Source of the DNA: Candidatus Saccharimonadales bacterium
GTDB taxonomy: Bacteria > Patescibacteriota > Saccharimonadia > Saccharimonadales > DASZAF01
NCBI GenBank assembly: GCA_035480055.1
Contig: DATIIB010000007.1
Location: 4,360 to 68,359, forward strand
DNA: 64,000 bases
Direction: 5' to 3'
Shown in pieces: positions 44,603-54,203 of the stretch. The stretch's first letter is position 1, and every line of letters starts with the position of its first letter. A program made the position numbers and the translations under genes. The notes beneath the pieces are model-generated. The model was not told the DNA's origin, searched no databases, and saw nothing but the letters and a program-made list of their open reading frames with translations.

Positions 44603-46906
44603 ATGAATATAGATCCCATGCGTATTACCCAAGAGAAACGTAAGGTAGCCAAAAAGGCTCGCACACATTCTCCGCTAACTAGCCGAGTTTCCGCTACATT
44701 CCGTTGGCCTCAGTTGCTTGCGATGATAGTCGCGGTGGTAGCTATCGGACAGATTACAATACAGGTCTTTGCGGCAAGCCCCGCAGCCTACAACCAGCTT
44801 ACAGATTACGTAGACCCGTTCATTGGCACCAATGCGTCACCGCTTTCCACCTATGGTATCGGGTTTGACACAGGCGACGTTTTTCCGGGTGCGGTTGCAC
44901 CCTCTGGCATGCTCGCTTGGTCACCAGACACATCTCCGACGAAACTTCCTGGCGGGTATAATTACCCCGATAGCACTATTAAAGGCTTTAGCCTCACGCA
45001 TTTCTCTGGACGCGGATGCAACTATGCCGAGGATGTACCGATCATGCCCGTACCGCAGGCGGTGTCAGCCAGTCCAACGACTCAAGCATATACCTCATCG
45101 TTTTCACATGCCAATGAGTCAGCGCGACCGGGCTATTACCAGGTAAAGCTCGATTCGGGTATTACCACCAAGCTCGCAACCACTACACGAACCGGTATCG
45201 GCCAGTTTACCTTCCCAGCCGAGGCTAGTTCGAGTTTTATTATTAACTCTGGTGGCAGTGTCAACGGCGCGAGTGCGGCTACGGCTACTATTGACGCAGC
45301 GAGCCAACAAGTGACTGGCTCAGTAACGACCACCGTGGGTTGCGGAACCGGCAAGTACACGCTCTATTATGTCACGCAATTTAGCCGACCGCTCCAGAGT
45401 TATGGCACATGGACAGGCAGTACATTGCAGCCGGGTGGCACCACAGGCTCCGATGCGCAAACCGGAGCATATGTGAGCTTCGACACCTCAAGTGACCAAG
45501 CCGTCACCGTAAAGACAGCCATCTCCTATGTGAGCGTGGCAAATGCACAGGCCAATCTGGCGGCAGAACAAACTGGGTGGGACTTCGCAGGCGTTGCGGC
45601 AGCTACGAATACCGCATGGAATACCATCTTAGGCCGCATACAAGTTGGCGGCGGAACAGACAGCGACCGCAAAGTATTTTACACCGCAATATACCACTCC
45701 TTCATCGATCCAAGCGTGTTTAGCGATGTCAACGGCCAGTATATCGGTTTTGACAACCAGGTTCACACCACAGCGGCAGGCCGAACGTTTTACAGCAATA
45801 TTCCGCTATGGGACCAATATCGGACGAATGTACCCCTGCGGGCGCTGCTCATGCCAGCTGAGACCAGTGATATTATTCAGTCGCTCATCGACGACGCGCA
45901 TCAAGGTGGCGGCGGATTGCCCCGTTGGGTACAAGCCAACCGCAACAGCGCTGGGATGATTGCCGATTCTCCAGATCCATATATCGCCAGCGCCTACGCT
46001 TGGGGCGCGCGCAACTTTGATACAGCCGAGGCACTCAAACTGATGGATGCCGGCGCCTCCAAAACTGGCGTGACATCAGACGGTCATGTGGTACGCGAGA
46101 ATTTGAGTGACTGGCTGAGCAAACATTACGTGCCGAATAATGTCTCACTCACGTTAGAATATGCCATCGACGATTGGTCAATCTCGCAGTTTGCCGGCTT
46201 GCTCGGCAACACCACCATGGCCAGCACCTACAAGACACGATCACAGTATTGGCATAACACTTTTAATACCAAAACGCTGTACGCCGAGCCACGCTCATCG
46301 ACCGGCACATATCCCACGACGTATGATCACGCCAAGCGGCAAGACCCATTTGCTGAAGGTAACTCCGCGCAATATACCTTGATGGTGCCGTTTGACTATA
46401 CAGGGCTCGCCAAAGCATTGGGTGGCTCAAGCACGGTTAAAACGCGGCTGGATAACTTCTTTACCAGTCTGGACGCTGGTCCCAATTCGGCACACGAATG
46501 GATTGGCAACGAGCATAGCCTATGGTCGCCGTATCTCTATAGCTATGCCGGAGCAATGGCCTCGACACAAAAGACGGTCCGCAACATTGAACTTACCACG
46601 TTCAGCACCGCCCCTGGCGGTCTGCCAGGCAACGATGATGCTGGCGCTACTTCATCTTGGTATATATTTTCGGCAATGGGACTTTTTCCAAAAACGCCAG
46701 GACAGGCCGGATTCTCCTTGGCAAGTCCCCTGTTTACCGATGTAGTAGTGACGCCGGAGAGCGGCGCAGGCTTTCATGTCACCGCGCCGACCGCGAGCGA
46801 CAGCACGCCGGTGCTCCCCAATGTCACAGTAGACGGCACGGCCTTTACCGGGAACTGGATCACTATGGATCAGTTGGCAGGCAAGACGATCAACTGGAGT
46901 AATTAG
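44603..46906 (+). CDS. GH92 family alpha-mannosidase-like glycoside hydrolase (membrane-anchored/secreted)
   Basis: 767 aa. Motifs: YVDPFIGT, GDVFPGAVAPSGMLAWSPDT, GFSLTHFSGRGC, GNEHSLWSPYLYSYAG, LPGNDDAGATSSWYIFSAMGLFP. Confidence 0.88.
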   Translation: MNIDPMRITQEKRKVAKKARTHSPLTSRVSATFRWPQLLAMIVAVVAIGQITIQVFAASPAAYNQLTDYVDPFIGTNASPLSTYGIGFDTGDVFPGAVAPSGMLAWSPDTSPTKLPGGYNYPDSTIKGFSLTHFSGRGCNYAEDVPIMPVPQAVSASPTTQAYTSSFSHANESARPGYYQVKLDSGITTKLATTTRTGIGQFTFPAEASSSFIINSGGSVNGASAATATIDAASQQVTGSVTTTVGCGTGKYTLYYVTQFSRPLQSYGTWTGSTLQPGGTTGSDAQTGAYVSFDTSSDQAVTVKTAISYVSVANAQANLAAEQTGWDFAGVAAATNTAWNTILGRIQVGGGTDSDRKVFYTAIYHSFIDPSVFSDVNGQYIGFDNQVHTTAAGRTFYSNIPLWDQYRTNVPLRALLMPAETSDIIQSLIDDAHQGGGGLPRWVQANRNSAGMIADSPDPYIASAYAWGARNFDTAEALKLMDAGASKTGVTSDGHVVRENLSDWLSKHYVPNNVSLTLEYAIDDWSISQFAGLLGNTTMASTYKTRSQYWHNTFNTKTLYAEPRSSTGTYPTTYDHAKRQDPFAEGNSAQYTLMVPFDYTGLAKALGGSSTVKTRLDNFFTSLDAGPNSAHEWIGNEHSLWSPYLYSYAGAMASTQKTVRNIELTTFSTAPGGLPGNDDAGATSSWYIFSAMGLFPKTPGQAGFSLASPLFTDVVVTPESGAGFHVTAPTASDSTPVLPNVTVDGTAFTGNWITMDQLAGKTINWSN

Positions 46907-46913
46907 TCTACGT

Positions 46914-47480
46914 ATGCGCACATACCTTTTACTTCTCCGTGGCGTTAACGTCGGCGGCAAAAACAAAATCTCAATGGCCGAGCTAAAAAGGTGCCTTGAA
47001 GCCCTTGGATTTTCCGGCGTGACGACCTACATCGCCAGCGGCAATGTCATTGTGCAATCCGACAAACAGCCCAACGAAATAAAAGCTATTGTTGAAGCAG
47101 CTCTGCCCAAGACATTCAAACTTGATAGCGCGCTGATCAAAGTGCTGGTACTCACGCGCAAACAGCTCTCGGACGTTATCGCGCACAAACCACAGGGCTT
47201 TGGCGACCAACCAGACAAGTACCACAGCGACGCTATTTTTCTCATGGACATCACCGTGGCTGACGCGATGACGGCGTTTAATCCTCGTGAAGGTGTGGAT
47301 ACAGTGTGGCCAGGAAGCGGTGTTATTTACTCGCAGCGGCTCAGTGCGTTGCGGACAAAAAGCCGACTAAACCAAGCGATGGCTTCACCTTTCTACAAGT
47401 CAATGACCATCCGCAATTGGAATACAACTGTCAAATTGCTTGAGCTGTTACATGCAGTAGCCGCTGCAAAAGAGGAGTAG
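46914..47480 (+). CDS. DUF1697 family protein
   Basis: 188 aa. MRTYLLLLRGVNVGGKNKISMAELKRCLEALGF..V.TYIASGNVI is the characteristic N-terminus. Confidence 0.8.
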   Translation: MRTYLLLLRGVNVGGKNKISMAELKRCLEALGFSGVTTYIASGNVIVQSDKQPNEIKAIVEAALPKTFKLDSALIKVLVLTRKQLSDVIAHKPQGFGDQPDKYHSDAIFLMDITVADAMTAFNPREGVDTVWPGSGVIYSQRLSALRTKSRLNQAMASPFYKSMTIRNWNTTVKLLELLHAVAAAKEE

Positions 47481-47502
47481 AATATGACTAAGAAAGGCGG
47501 GT

Positions 47503-48042
47503 ATGAAACAGAAAATTGTAATAGCATGTGGGATTGGTATTGTTGTTATAGCCGCGGTTGTCGGAGCGTACTGGCTGGGCCATTCCCAAGCAAAGACTAG
47601 TACTCCGCCGGGTACTACGGCTAGTAATGTGCATCTTATCGACTATACAGACAATGACGGTGCGGAATCCACGGTTGCTCTTAGTGGCGCAATTGGTGAC
47701 TTTGGCAATGCAATACGTTCTGACGATCACGGTGCGGTAATGACGCTGAACTTGTCGCATGGAACTTTCCAACTTGATATTACCGATCTTGCGAAACGTT
47801 TCACCACGGTTGTCGGTACGACTGCCTTTAACCGCGCAACATGTTCAGGGAACGTGAGTGTAGCTGGCCCAGCTTCTATCGTCGCGAACTCTGGCACTGG
47901 TGCGTACAAAGGAGTTAGCGGCAGCTTTTTGCTCACCATGAATCTCGATGAAACAGTCACCAAGCAACAGAACTGCGATGCCCACAGTAAAATGCTCGGG
48001 CAGATTATTGTAAGCAGTGGATGGGGAAAGGTCTCGCTATAG
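47503..48042 (+). CDS. N-terminally anchored hypothetical protein
   Basis: 179 aa. TM IVIACGIGIVVIAAVVGAYWL, then a beta-rich ectodomain with two Cys. No family recognised. Confidence 0.55.
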   Translation: MKQKIVIACGIGIVVIAAVVGAYWLGHSQAKTSTPPGTTASNVHLIDYTDNDGAESTVALSGAIGDFGNAIRSDDHGAVMTLNLSHGTFQLDITDLAKRFTTVVGTTAFNRATCSGNVSVAGPASIVANSGTGAYKGVSGSFLLTMNLDETVTKQQNCDAHSKMLGQIIVSSGWGKVSL

Positions 48043-48084
48043 CAGATGCCACGGACCGGACTACTCTGAGTAGTCTACCGCTAA

Positions 48085-50478
48085 CTATTGAATGCAAGCC
48101 AGCGGACTCACTGTAGAAGTGACATTATAGAGCGAGTCGATGGTTACTAGGGAGTTGCCGGTCCAGTTTTGGTTCGCGCAGGTACCTTCTGCAGTCACGG
48201 CGGCATACTGCCAGCTATTGTTGACAATACGATTGTCGCGGAAAATCCAAGCCGCACCGCCGCGATACTCAGAGTAGATGGTATAGCCGCCGCCTCGCAA
48301 AAGGTTGTCGGTAACGGTGATGTTTGAGATACCAGCACCGTCTGAGTTTGAGCCAAGGTAGACAGTACGAGCGTCTCCATGGGCATTATTTACAGTTTGC
48401 GCGTCGATGGTGTTGTGGCTAAGTACTAAGTTTGAACAAATACCTCCACAATAATTCTGGATGCCATCTGAGTGACTGCCATCAGGTTGTGATGCAGATG
48501 GTGGGTTCCAGCATAAGTTGGCGTATGAATCGGTAATAGTGACGTTGCTGCCGCCCATTCGGAAGCCGTCATCGTGGCCGCGAACCTGCACACGCGTTGC
48601 GGTAAAGTCGGATTCGCCAATCCCAGGGAAGCCAATACAGCCAGTTGCGGGACCTACCGTGGTGTCAGTTATGGTGAACGAGTAATGCGCTGCGCCGTGT
48701 TCATTGTCGACCGACCCATCAATCTGACTATTTTTGATAACCACATTGTTAGCCCAGATAATAAGGTCGCCGGTAATGTGACGCGCATCAATTACCTCGC
48801 CGTCGGTAGTGGCCGTGTAGTCGCCGGTGACGGTCGCTGGCTGAATTGTGGAGGGCATGCCGGTACAGCTGGCATTCGGATATGCGGGAAGTGCGCAGCT
48901 GTTGGTGCTAACCGCTGGCGTGGTCACGGCTGTGGCTGCCGATTGTGCAGACTCATTGCCTGCCACGTCGTAGGCCGAGACGGTATAGCTATAGGTAGTG
49001 TTCGCGGACACCGTGGTGTCTTGGTAAGTTGGCGCAGTGGTGAGAGCGATTTGGACGCCATCGCGGTAGACTTTGTACCCAGCAACGCTCACATTATCGG
49101 TTGCGGCGTTCCACGAAACGGTTACTTTGGATGACGACACTGCCTGCACTGTCACGTTAGTAGGAACGGTTGGAGTCGCGCTATCAGCTAAAGTCGTTGC
49201 AACCAGGCTAGCTGATTGTGCTGATTCGTTGCCACCAGCGTCGTAGGCGGAAACTGCGTAGGTGTAACTCGTGTTGGGGGTAAGGTTCTGATCAGTAAAA
49301 GTGGTAGTCGCGCTGGTGCCGACCATAGTGCCATTCCGATAGATTTTATAACCTGCCACACCAGTGTTGTCGGTCGCCGGACTCCACGAGAGGCCAACTT
49401 GCGTTTCGGTGGCACTCGTACTCGCCAGGTCGGTCGGGACGCTCGGCGCCTGGGCGTCTGCGGGAGCCAGCGTGGTTGCTTGGAAACTATTGGTATAAGC
49501 GCTGGCATTGCCGGCTGCATCAACCGCCTTGAGACGGTAGCTGTAGGTAGTTGCTGCGCTGAGTCCTGTGTCGTTATAGCTAGGGCTCGTGACTGTTGCA
49601 AGAGGCACAAAAGCGGTACAACCTGCACCCAGACAGCGTTCAATCTGGTATCCAGTCACACCGACATTATCAGTAGAAGCGGTCCAGCTCAGATTAATCT
49701 GCGAACTAGAGACAGCATTTGCCGTGGCATTGGTAGGCGAAGTTGGCGCAGTGGTATCAACACCAGAATCAGGCCGAAAAGCGATAAGCTGCAATGTCCA
49801 GCCGCCGTTACTATTTGTCGCCGTCGCATTATACGAACCAGGGGCTGCCGCTACTCTGTCCATAGTACGATTACCTGAAGTCGTCAGGCGACCGGTGTAG
49901 GCAGAACTAATCGACTTTACCGACCCTACCGAACCGCTGGCTGCAAATAGCAAATCGTTAGCAGTAGCGGTGGTAAGCGAGCCACTGTTCATGGCGGTAC
50001 CCGAACCTGTAGTCCCAACCGTACTTTCAAGTGGGTTTGTCTTGCTCATACCTGCATATTCATGTGTCTGCACGATCGCATACGCATTGATGTTAGTCGC
50101 AAAGGTCGCTTTTACCGTATTGGTGCCACCCAAGATATTCTTGGCATAAAAAGCTTGCGAACTACCCCCGCCCCACGATGTTTTAGCAGTTGCTGCAGCA
50201 TAGGTGTTGCCCAAACTGTCAGAAAGGTTCACTGCATCGGTATTGTTCCAAAGTACGTAGACAACAATCAGGTCGCCTGCGGTGTTGGCGCTCGCAAATG
50301 TGACACTGTTACTATTCCCCGAGCTAATTTCATTCGCCTTGGCTTGTTTGAAGCTCGGTGACGCTGCCGCACTCGGGTGCGCAAAGAGACTCACCGAGAG
50401 CAACACCGCGACAAGCGTGATTCCCGTTAGACCGACTAATATTCGAGCACGTCTGAAGGGAATCTGTAGTATGTTCAT
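48085..50478 (-). CDS. Large secreted protein: N-terminal beta-sandwich-like domain, three FN3 domains, C-terminal Cys-rich beta-helix-like domain
   Basis: 797 aa. Signal/anchor LTGITLVAVLLSVSLFAHPSAAA. Three FN3 domains carry (L/V)SW.(A/P)(S/A)TDN.GV(T/A)GY. The C-terminal 270 aa (48088-48897) are paralogous to 23184-24269. Confidence 0.8.
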   Translation of the reverse strand: MNILQIPFRRARILVGLTGITLVAVLLSVSLFAHPSAAASPSFKQAKANEISSGNSNSVTFASANTAGDLIVVYVLWNNTDAVNLSDSLGNTYAAATAKTSWGGGSSQAFYAKNILGGTNTVKATFATNINAYAIVQTHEYAGMSKTNPLESTVGTTGSGTAMNSGSLTTATANDLLFAASGSVGSVKSISSAYTGRLTTSGNRTMDRVAAAPGSYNATATNSNGGWTLQLIAFRPDSGVDTTAPTSPTNATANAVSSSQINLSWTASTDNVGVTGYQIERCLGAGCTAFVPLATVTSPSYNDTGLSAATTYSYRLKAVDAAGNASAYTNSFQATTLAPADAQAPSVPTDLASTSATETQVGLSWSPATDNTGVAGYKIYRNGTMVGTSATTTFTDQNLTPNTSYTYAVSAYDAGGNESAQSASLVATTLADSATPTVPTNVTVQAVSSSKVTVSWNAATDNVSVAGYKVYRDGVQIALTTAPTYQDTTVSANTTYSYTVSAYDVAGNESAQSAATAVTTPAVSTNSCALPAYPNASCTGMPSTIQPATVTGDYTATTDGEVIDARHITGDLIIWANNVVIKNSQIDGSVDNEHGAAHYSFTITDTTVGPATGCIGFPGIGESDFTATRVQVRGHDDGFRMGGSNVTITDSYANLCWNPPSASQPDGSHSDGIQNYCGGICSNLVLSHNTIDAQTVNNAHGDARTVYLGSNSDGAGISNITVTDNLLRGGGYTIYSEYRGGAAWIFRDNRIVNNSWQYAAVTAEGTCANQNWTGNSLVTIDSLYNVTSTVSPLACIQ

Positions 50479-50572
50479 GTATGTATTAAAGCGGGTTTGG
50501 CAGGGTTGTCAACTTAATGGCGCAATTACACAACAATAGTAAATAAGCTACATCTGAAGACGATCCGCAGCT

Positions 50573-50608
50573 AAAAGCAAAGCCGAAGCACAGCGGCTTG
50601 GGCTTTGC
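50573..50608 (-). terminator. Intrinsic terminator after the FG-GAP/M15 gene
   Basis: On the minus strand, GCAAAGCC...GGCTTTGC forms the outer stem with an inner AAGC/GCTT pairing, followed by TTTT. Confidence 0.6.
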
Positions 50609-50625
50609 TCGATTATGTGCCCTCG

Positions 50626-51918
50626 CTAATTGGTACCGCGAGGTACATCTACATGCAGGTGGTTGCAGGCATCCTGACTAAATTCCGTGATACCGCTTGG
50701 CAACGAGGCCGTGCCTCCTGGGCAATAGAGCTGGCCAAAGCGTGAGCCACTTGGCAGATCATACTTCATACTATCAATGGCTGACATTGACCACTTGTCG
50801 CGACCAGTCAGCGGATTATGACCATCGATCCAATTCAAATCAAACGCATCCCCATAGTAATGCTGGCTTCCGTTAGTATGCCCCGTGCCATTACCTGTAA
50901 GGGCAGAGATAGCCATCGTGTGTGTATAGCTAAAATGAATGAGCGGCCGTAACAAAGCCGAGCTAAGGCTGTAGTTTTGGCCAAGATAATTCACCGCTGG
51001 TTGTCCATCAGCAGTCTGTTCGAGGTCCTCGGTAACTGCCCGAGCACTTTTATCTATGGTGGGGTTGGCCAGAATCTGTTTGGCAAGTGTTTGCACCGGC
51101 ACATGGCTGTAGACGGTAAATTCTTGACGGCCATTGCCATCGGTATCAATCGCCATGGGATATTCGTCTAGGCCCGCTCCCTGATAGTCAAAGCCCCAGT
51201 AACTGCCATCATCTCTACGGATTGTCATACGGCCGTTACGATACACGGCCAGTTCTTGTCTACCATCACCATTGGTGTCGATAACGAAAGGCAAATCATT
51301 AGCGGTCGCGCCTGCAAAGGTCACGCCCCACAAGCTGCCATCGGCACGCATAAAGGTAAAACGTCCCGCTTTGTAGACGCCAAATTCCTGCACGCCGTCG
51401 CCGTCAGTATCAACAGCAAGTGGTAGTTCTTGGCTTCCTGCTCCCGGAAAGGTCACTCCGCCATATGAACCGTCGTCATTAAGCCAGGTAAACCGGCCAT
51501 GGTAATACACCACGAATTGCTGTCTGCGGTCGCCATGCCCTCGAAAGTTCATCGCCAGCGGCACCTCACCATATCCACCGCCAATAAAGTTGAACCCCCA
51601 ATACGATCCATCGTCTTTGCGAATTGTCATACGACCGTTATAGTAAACCGCCAGTTCTTGTTTGCCATCACCATTGGTGTCGATCGCAAACGGTATTTCG
51701 CCATAACCAGCTCCCGCAAAGGTCACGCCCCAATACGATCCATCGTCGCGCAAAAAGGTAAATCTGCCGCCCGTACCGGCCTGGGCGATATCTCCAGTAA
51801 GCATACTCGCAATGGTCGCTACAACCATTACATAAAAACATGCTGCCGCGATTCTCATGCGTGGCAAACGTGTGCGAAATTCAACGATTGCTTTTGTATG
51901 TACTGCTAATGATCGCAT
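50626..51918 (-). CDS. Secreted protein with six FG-GAP/VCBS-like repeats and a C-terminal LAS (M15-type) zinc peptidase-like domain
   Basis: 430 aa from ATG 51918, with SD GAGGGGTGG; the track uses GTG 51924. Six ~36-aa repeats read GR(F/M)T(F/I).(R/K)DDGSYWG..F.G.G....P.(A/V)(I/V)DT(N/D)GDG.QE..VY. The C-terminus has SQHYYGDAFD (SxHxxGxAxD) and NHLHVDV. Confidence 0.7.
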   Translation of the reverse strand: MRSLAVHTKAIVEFRTRLPRMRIAAACFYVMVVATIASMLTGDIAQAGTGGRFTFLRDDGSYWGVTFAGAGYGEIPFAIDTNGDGKQELAVYYNGRMTIRKDDGSYWGFNFIGGGYGEVPLAMNFRGHGDRRQQFVVYYHGRFTWLNDDGSYGGVTFPGAGSQELPLAVDTDGDGVQEFGVYKAGRFTFMRADGSLWGVTFAGATANDLPFVIDTNGDGRQELAVYRNGRMTIRRDDGSYWGFDYQGAGLDEYPMAIDTDGNGRQEFTVYSHVPVQTLAKQILANPTIDKSARAVTEDLEQTADGQPAVNYLGQNYSLSSALLRPLIHFSYTHTMAISALTGNGTGHTNGSQHYYGDAFDLNWIDGHNPLTGRDKWSMSAIDSMKYDLPSGSRFGQLYCPGGTASLPSGITEFSQDACNHLHVDVPRGTN

Positions 51919-51946
51919 TCCCACCCCTCATTTATGTTGTCCCTTA

Positions 51947-51957
51947 ATTGTAGCAGA
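51947..51957 (-). promoter_or_regulatory. Extended -10 element TCTGCTACAAT upstream of the FG-GAP/M15 gene (here with a ~20-nt leader and an SD)
   Basis: The reverse complement of 51947-51957 is TCTGCTACAAT. This is the third copy of the 11-mer. Confidence 0.5.
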
Positions 51958-52090
51958 CTGTTGTAATTATCTCCCAGTTTCCGTGACGTTGCTATTTTTG
52001 CTCAATCTCCCGGCACAGCATTATAATTGAGCTATAGTAAAGGATAAGAATGGCTAAAAATAAAACAGAAAAAATGGAAAACCCCATTGA

Positions 52091-52591
52091 ATGTTACAAG
52101 TAAAATCATTGCCTAGAATATTACTAGCCGTCTACTTGCTATTCCTCCTGTGGCTCATTTTGTTTAAAACTTCGGTTGATGTGTCGTCGGTTTTGTTGGG
52201 GTATCAATCAAGAAGTCTTAACCTCCTCCCATTTGCAGGCTTTTCGAGGGGCACTGTAAGAGAGATGTTCGATAATCTCGTCGTGTTTATTCCTCTCGGT
52301 TTGCTTTTAGATATTAATTTTCGGCAAATTACCTTTTGGCGAAAGCTGGGCTTTGTCCTCTCCTTAAGTCTGGTTGCCGAGGTGACACAGTATATCCTCG
52401 CGATCGGCACAACAGACATTACCGATGTGATTATGAATACTTTTGGAGGGCTGCTTGGGCTCGGGCTCTACCATTTCAGTAGTAAATGGATTGATACGAG
52501 AAAACTGAATTGGTTTATAGGCATTACACTCACGATTTTGCTCGTGCTGTTTCTTATACTTCGTTTCTTTGTCCTTAGGGTGAGGTATTAG
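52091..52591 (+). CDS. VanZ-family membrane protein
   Basis: 166 aa, four TMs. Motifs: NLLPF, NLVVFIPLGLLL, TDITDVIMNTFGGLLGLGLY. AT-rich codon usage. Confidence 0.8.
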   Translation: MLQVKSLPRILLAVYLLFLLWLILFKTSVDVSSVLLGYQSRSLNLLPFAGFSRGTVREMFDNLVVFIPLGLLLDINFRQITFWRKLGFVLSLSLVAEVTQYILAIGTTDITDVIMNTFGGLLGLGLYHFSSKWIDTRKLNWFIGITLTILLVLFLILRFFVLRVRY

Positions 52592-52852
52592 ACTTCAAGT
52601 TGAAGACTATTGTTCATCATTACCTCGATTTGTCCTCAAGTCTTAACTGATTGAGGATAAATCATGGCTGGTCACGTAACCAAAAATTGGAACACCGTTT
52701 ATCAGAGTTGGATCGCCCATGTTTACAGCTGTGAGGATTGGAATGGCTAAGAGAATTGTATGAGGGAAGGTACTGGAGTAATTGTGCCCTTTCCGTCAAC
52801 GGATTGAAAATGTGTGGCAAAGAGAAACACTTTAAATTTGGTAATTTTACGA

Positions 52853-52881
52853 TTGACATTTAGATATGCCATGTGTATCCT
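52853..52881 (+). promoter_or_regulatory. Possible promoter of the six-gene nucleotide operon (TTGACA-17-TATCCT)
   Basis: Consensus -35 TTGACA at 52853-52858, a 17-nt spacer, and a weak -10 TATCCT at 52876-52881. The ATG at 52913 follows. Confidence 0.35.
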
Positions 52882-52912
52882 TGGCTTACCAAGTAATTCG
52901 GATGCAAAGTTA

Positions 52913-54202
52913 ATGGCCAAAAAATTTATCATAGGCGCCGGCATCTCAGGATTAATTTACGCGTTCTATAATCGGGACTTTCAGGTCTTGTCACCCGACA
53001 TAGGAGGCAAGCTCAAGCACAGCTATCTCTCATCCACCATTCTTTTACATGACACCGCGGAAACGCGGCGTTTTATTAGTGATTTAGGAATCGAATTAAA
53101 GGCTGTTCCGCATCTCATGAAGTACCATTACAAAGGCAAATTGCACGAGAATATTCCGGCAAGCCTTAAAGAGATGATGGTTGCCAAAAAGCTCACTAGC
53201 TGGCGCGATTTAAATACCCTCAACTTTGATGTAGAGGTCCACAATGTCCCTGATAATACGCTTTCAACAAATGATATTTATATTCCGGTTTTCAAGGTTT
53301 CCACCGCCCAGCTCATCAAACTATTGGCCAAACACACCACTTTTATGAAAGATCGCGTTATTCGTATCACTGCCGATGAGATCGTAACCGAGAAGAAACG
53401 ATTAGAGTACGACGAACTCATCTCCACTATCCCCGCGCCAGTTTTCTGGAAACTCTATGGCGAACCAAAAAAACTCCAATACCTCCCGGAGACTTTCATA
53501 GTCAGTAAAACAGCGCCCGTGCAAGAAAATAAGGTCCCATGGGACCTTATTTATTTTTTAGACAAAGAAACACCCTTCACGCGAGTAAATAAACATAAGG
53601 GCGGCCAATATTTATACGAGATAACTGGAGCAATGTCCGAGAAAGAGGTTCGGAAACATCTTCCCGATTTAGACATCCAGTACTGCTATACCGACCCATA
53701 CGGCCTGCTTATGACAGACCTGAATAACATTCCGCCCCCAAAGGTTCGGTTTGTAGGGCGATTCGCTACGTGGCGACATTCCTATAAAGTACAGGATGCA
53801 ATCCGGGATTCACTGGCACGGTATGACTTCCTCTCGATGTGGAACAAACAAAAAGAGTTTAACGCTCACTTCTTTGATTACAACAAACTGACTGTTGATG
53901 AGCAGCAACGCCTGGCTAAAGACTTTATTTTGCATATTCTGGATGAAACGCATGAAATGCTGAATGAAGCTAATTGGAAGATGAATGCCTACCAGTATAA
54001 GGCGATTGATCGCGGTAAATTACGAGAGGAGTGGATCGATATTTTCAAATACTGGCTTGGCATTGGGCAAGTATGGGGCTTTACGATTGAAGATATTTTT
54101 AATGAATTCTGGCGCAAGTCCGCCATTGTAGATGAGCGATACCGGGAATATATCAATGCTAACTCTAATCTGGTAAGCAGCAGAAATAACGAAGGAGACT
54201 AA
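52913..54202 (+). CDS. Fusion protein: UDP-galactopyranose-mutase-like FAD/NAD-binding domain plus a C-terminal all-alpha NTP pyrophosphohydrolase (dimeric dUTPase/MazG-like)
   Basis: 429 aa from ATG 52913; the track ORF starts at 52814. The N-domain aligns by eye with E. coli Glf: FIIGAGISGL (GxGxxG), DIGG, LISTIPAPVFWKLYG, PFTRVNKHK (Glf has PYTRIIEHK), and VRFVGRFATWRHSYKVQDAI (Glf has GGRLAEYKYYDMHQVI). The C-domain has FILHILDETHEMLNEANWK and REEWIDIFKYWL (ExxE/EExxD metal-binding helices) followed by FWRKSAIVDERY. Confidence 0.7.
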   Translation: MAKKFIIGAGISGLIYAFYNRDFQVLSPDIGGKLKHSYLSSTILLHDTAETRRFISDLGIELKAVPHLMKYHYKGKLHENIPASLKEMMVAKKLTSWRDLNTLNFDVEVHNVPDNTLSTNDIYIPVFKVSTAQLIKLLAKHTTFMKDRVIRITADEIVTEKKRLEYDELISTIPAPVFWKLYGEPKKLQYLPETFIVSKTAPVQENKVPWDLIYFLDKETPFTRVNKHKGGQYLYEITGAMSEKEVRKHLPDLDIQYCYTDPYGLLMTDLNNIPPPKVRFVGRFATWRHSYKVQDAIRDSLARYDFLSMWNKQKEFNAHFFDYNKLTVDEQQRLAKDFILHILDETHEMLNEANWKMNAYQYKAIDRGKLREEWIDIFKYWLGIGQVWGFTIEDIFNEFWRKSAIVDERYREYINANSNLVSSRNNEGD

Positions 54203-54203
54203 A

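Noticed and set aside
51925-52090. An att-type direct repeat of the tRNA-Gln 3' end at the left border of the low-G+C block
   Set aside because: Only a trivial 5-nt match (TGGCT) was seen. No convincing repeat and no integrase were found, so mobile-element status is not supported by the sequence.
52050-52103. A 17-codon ORF (MAKNKTEKMENPIECYK) with AAGGA upstream, overlapping the VanZ start
   Set aside because: It is too short and has no supporting feature. It could be a leader peptide, but that cannot be supported from the sequence alone.
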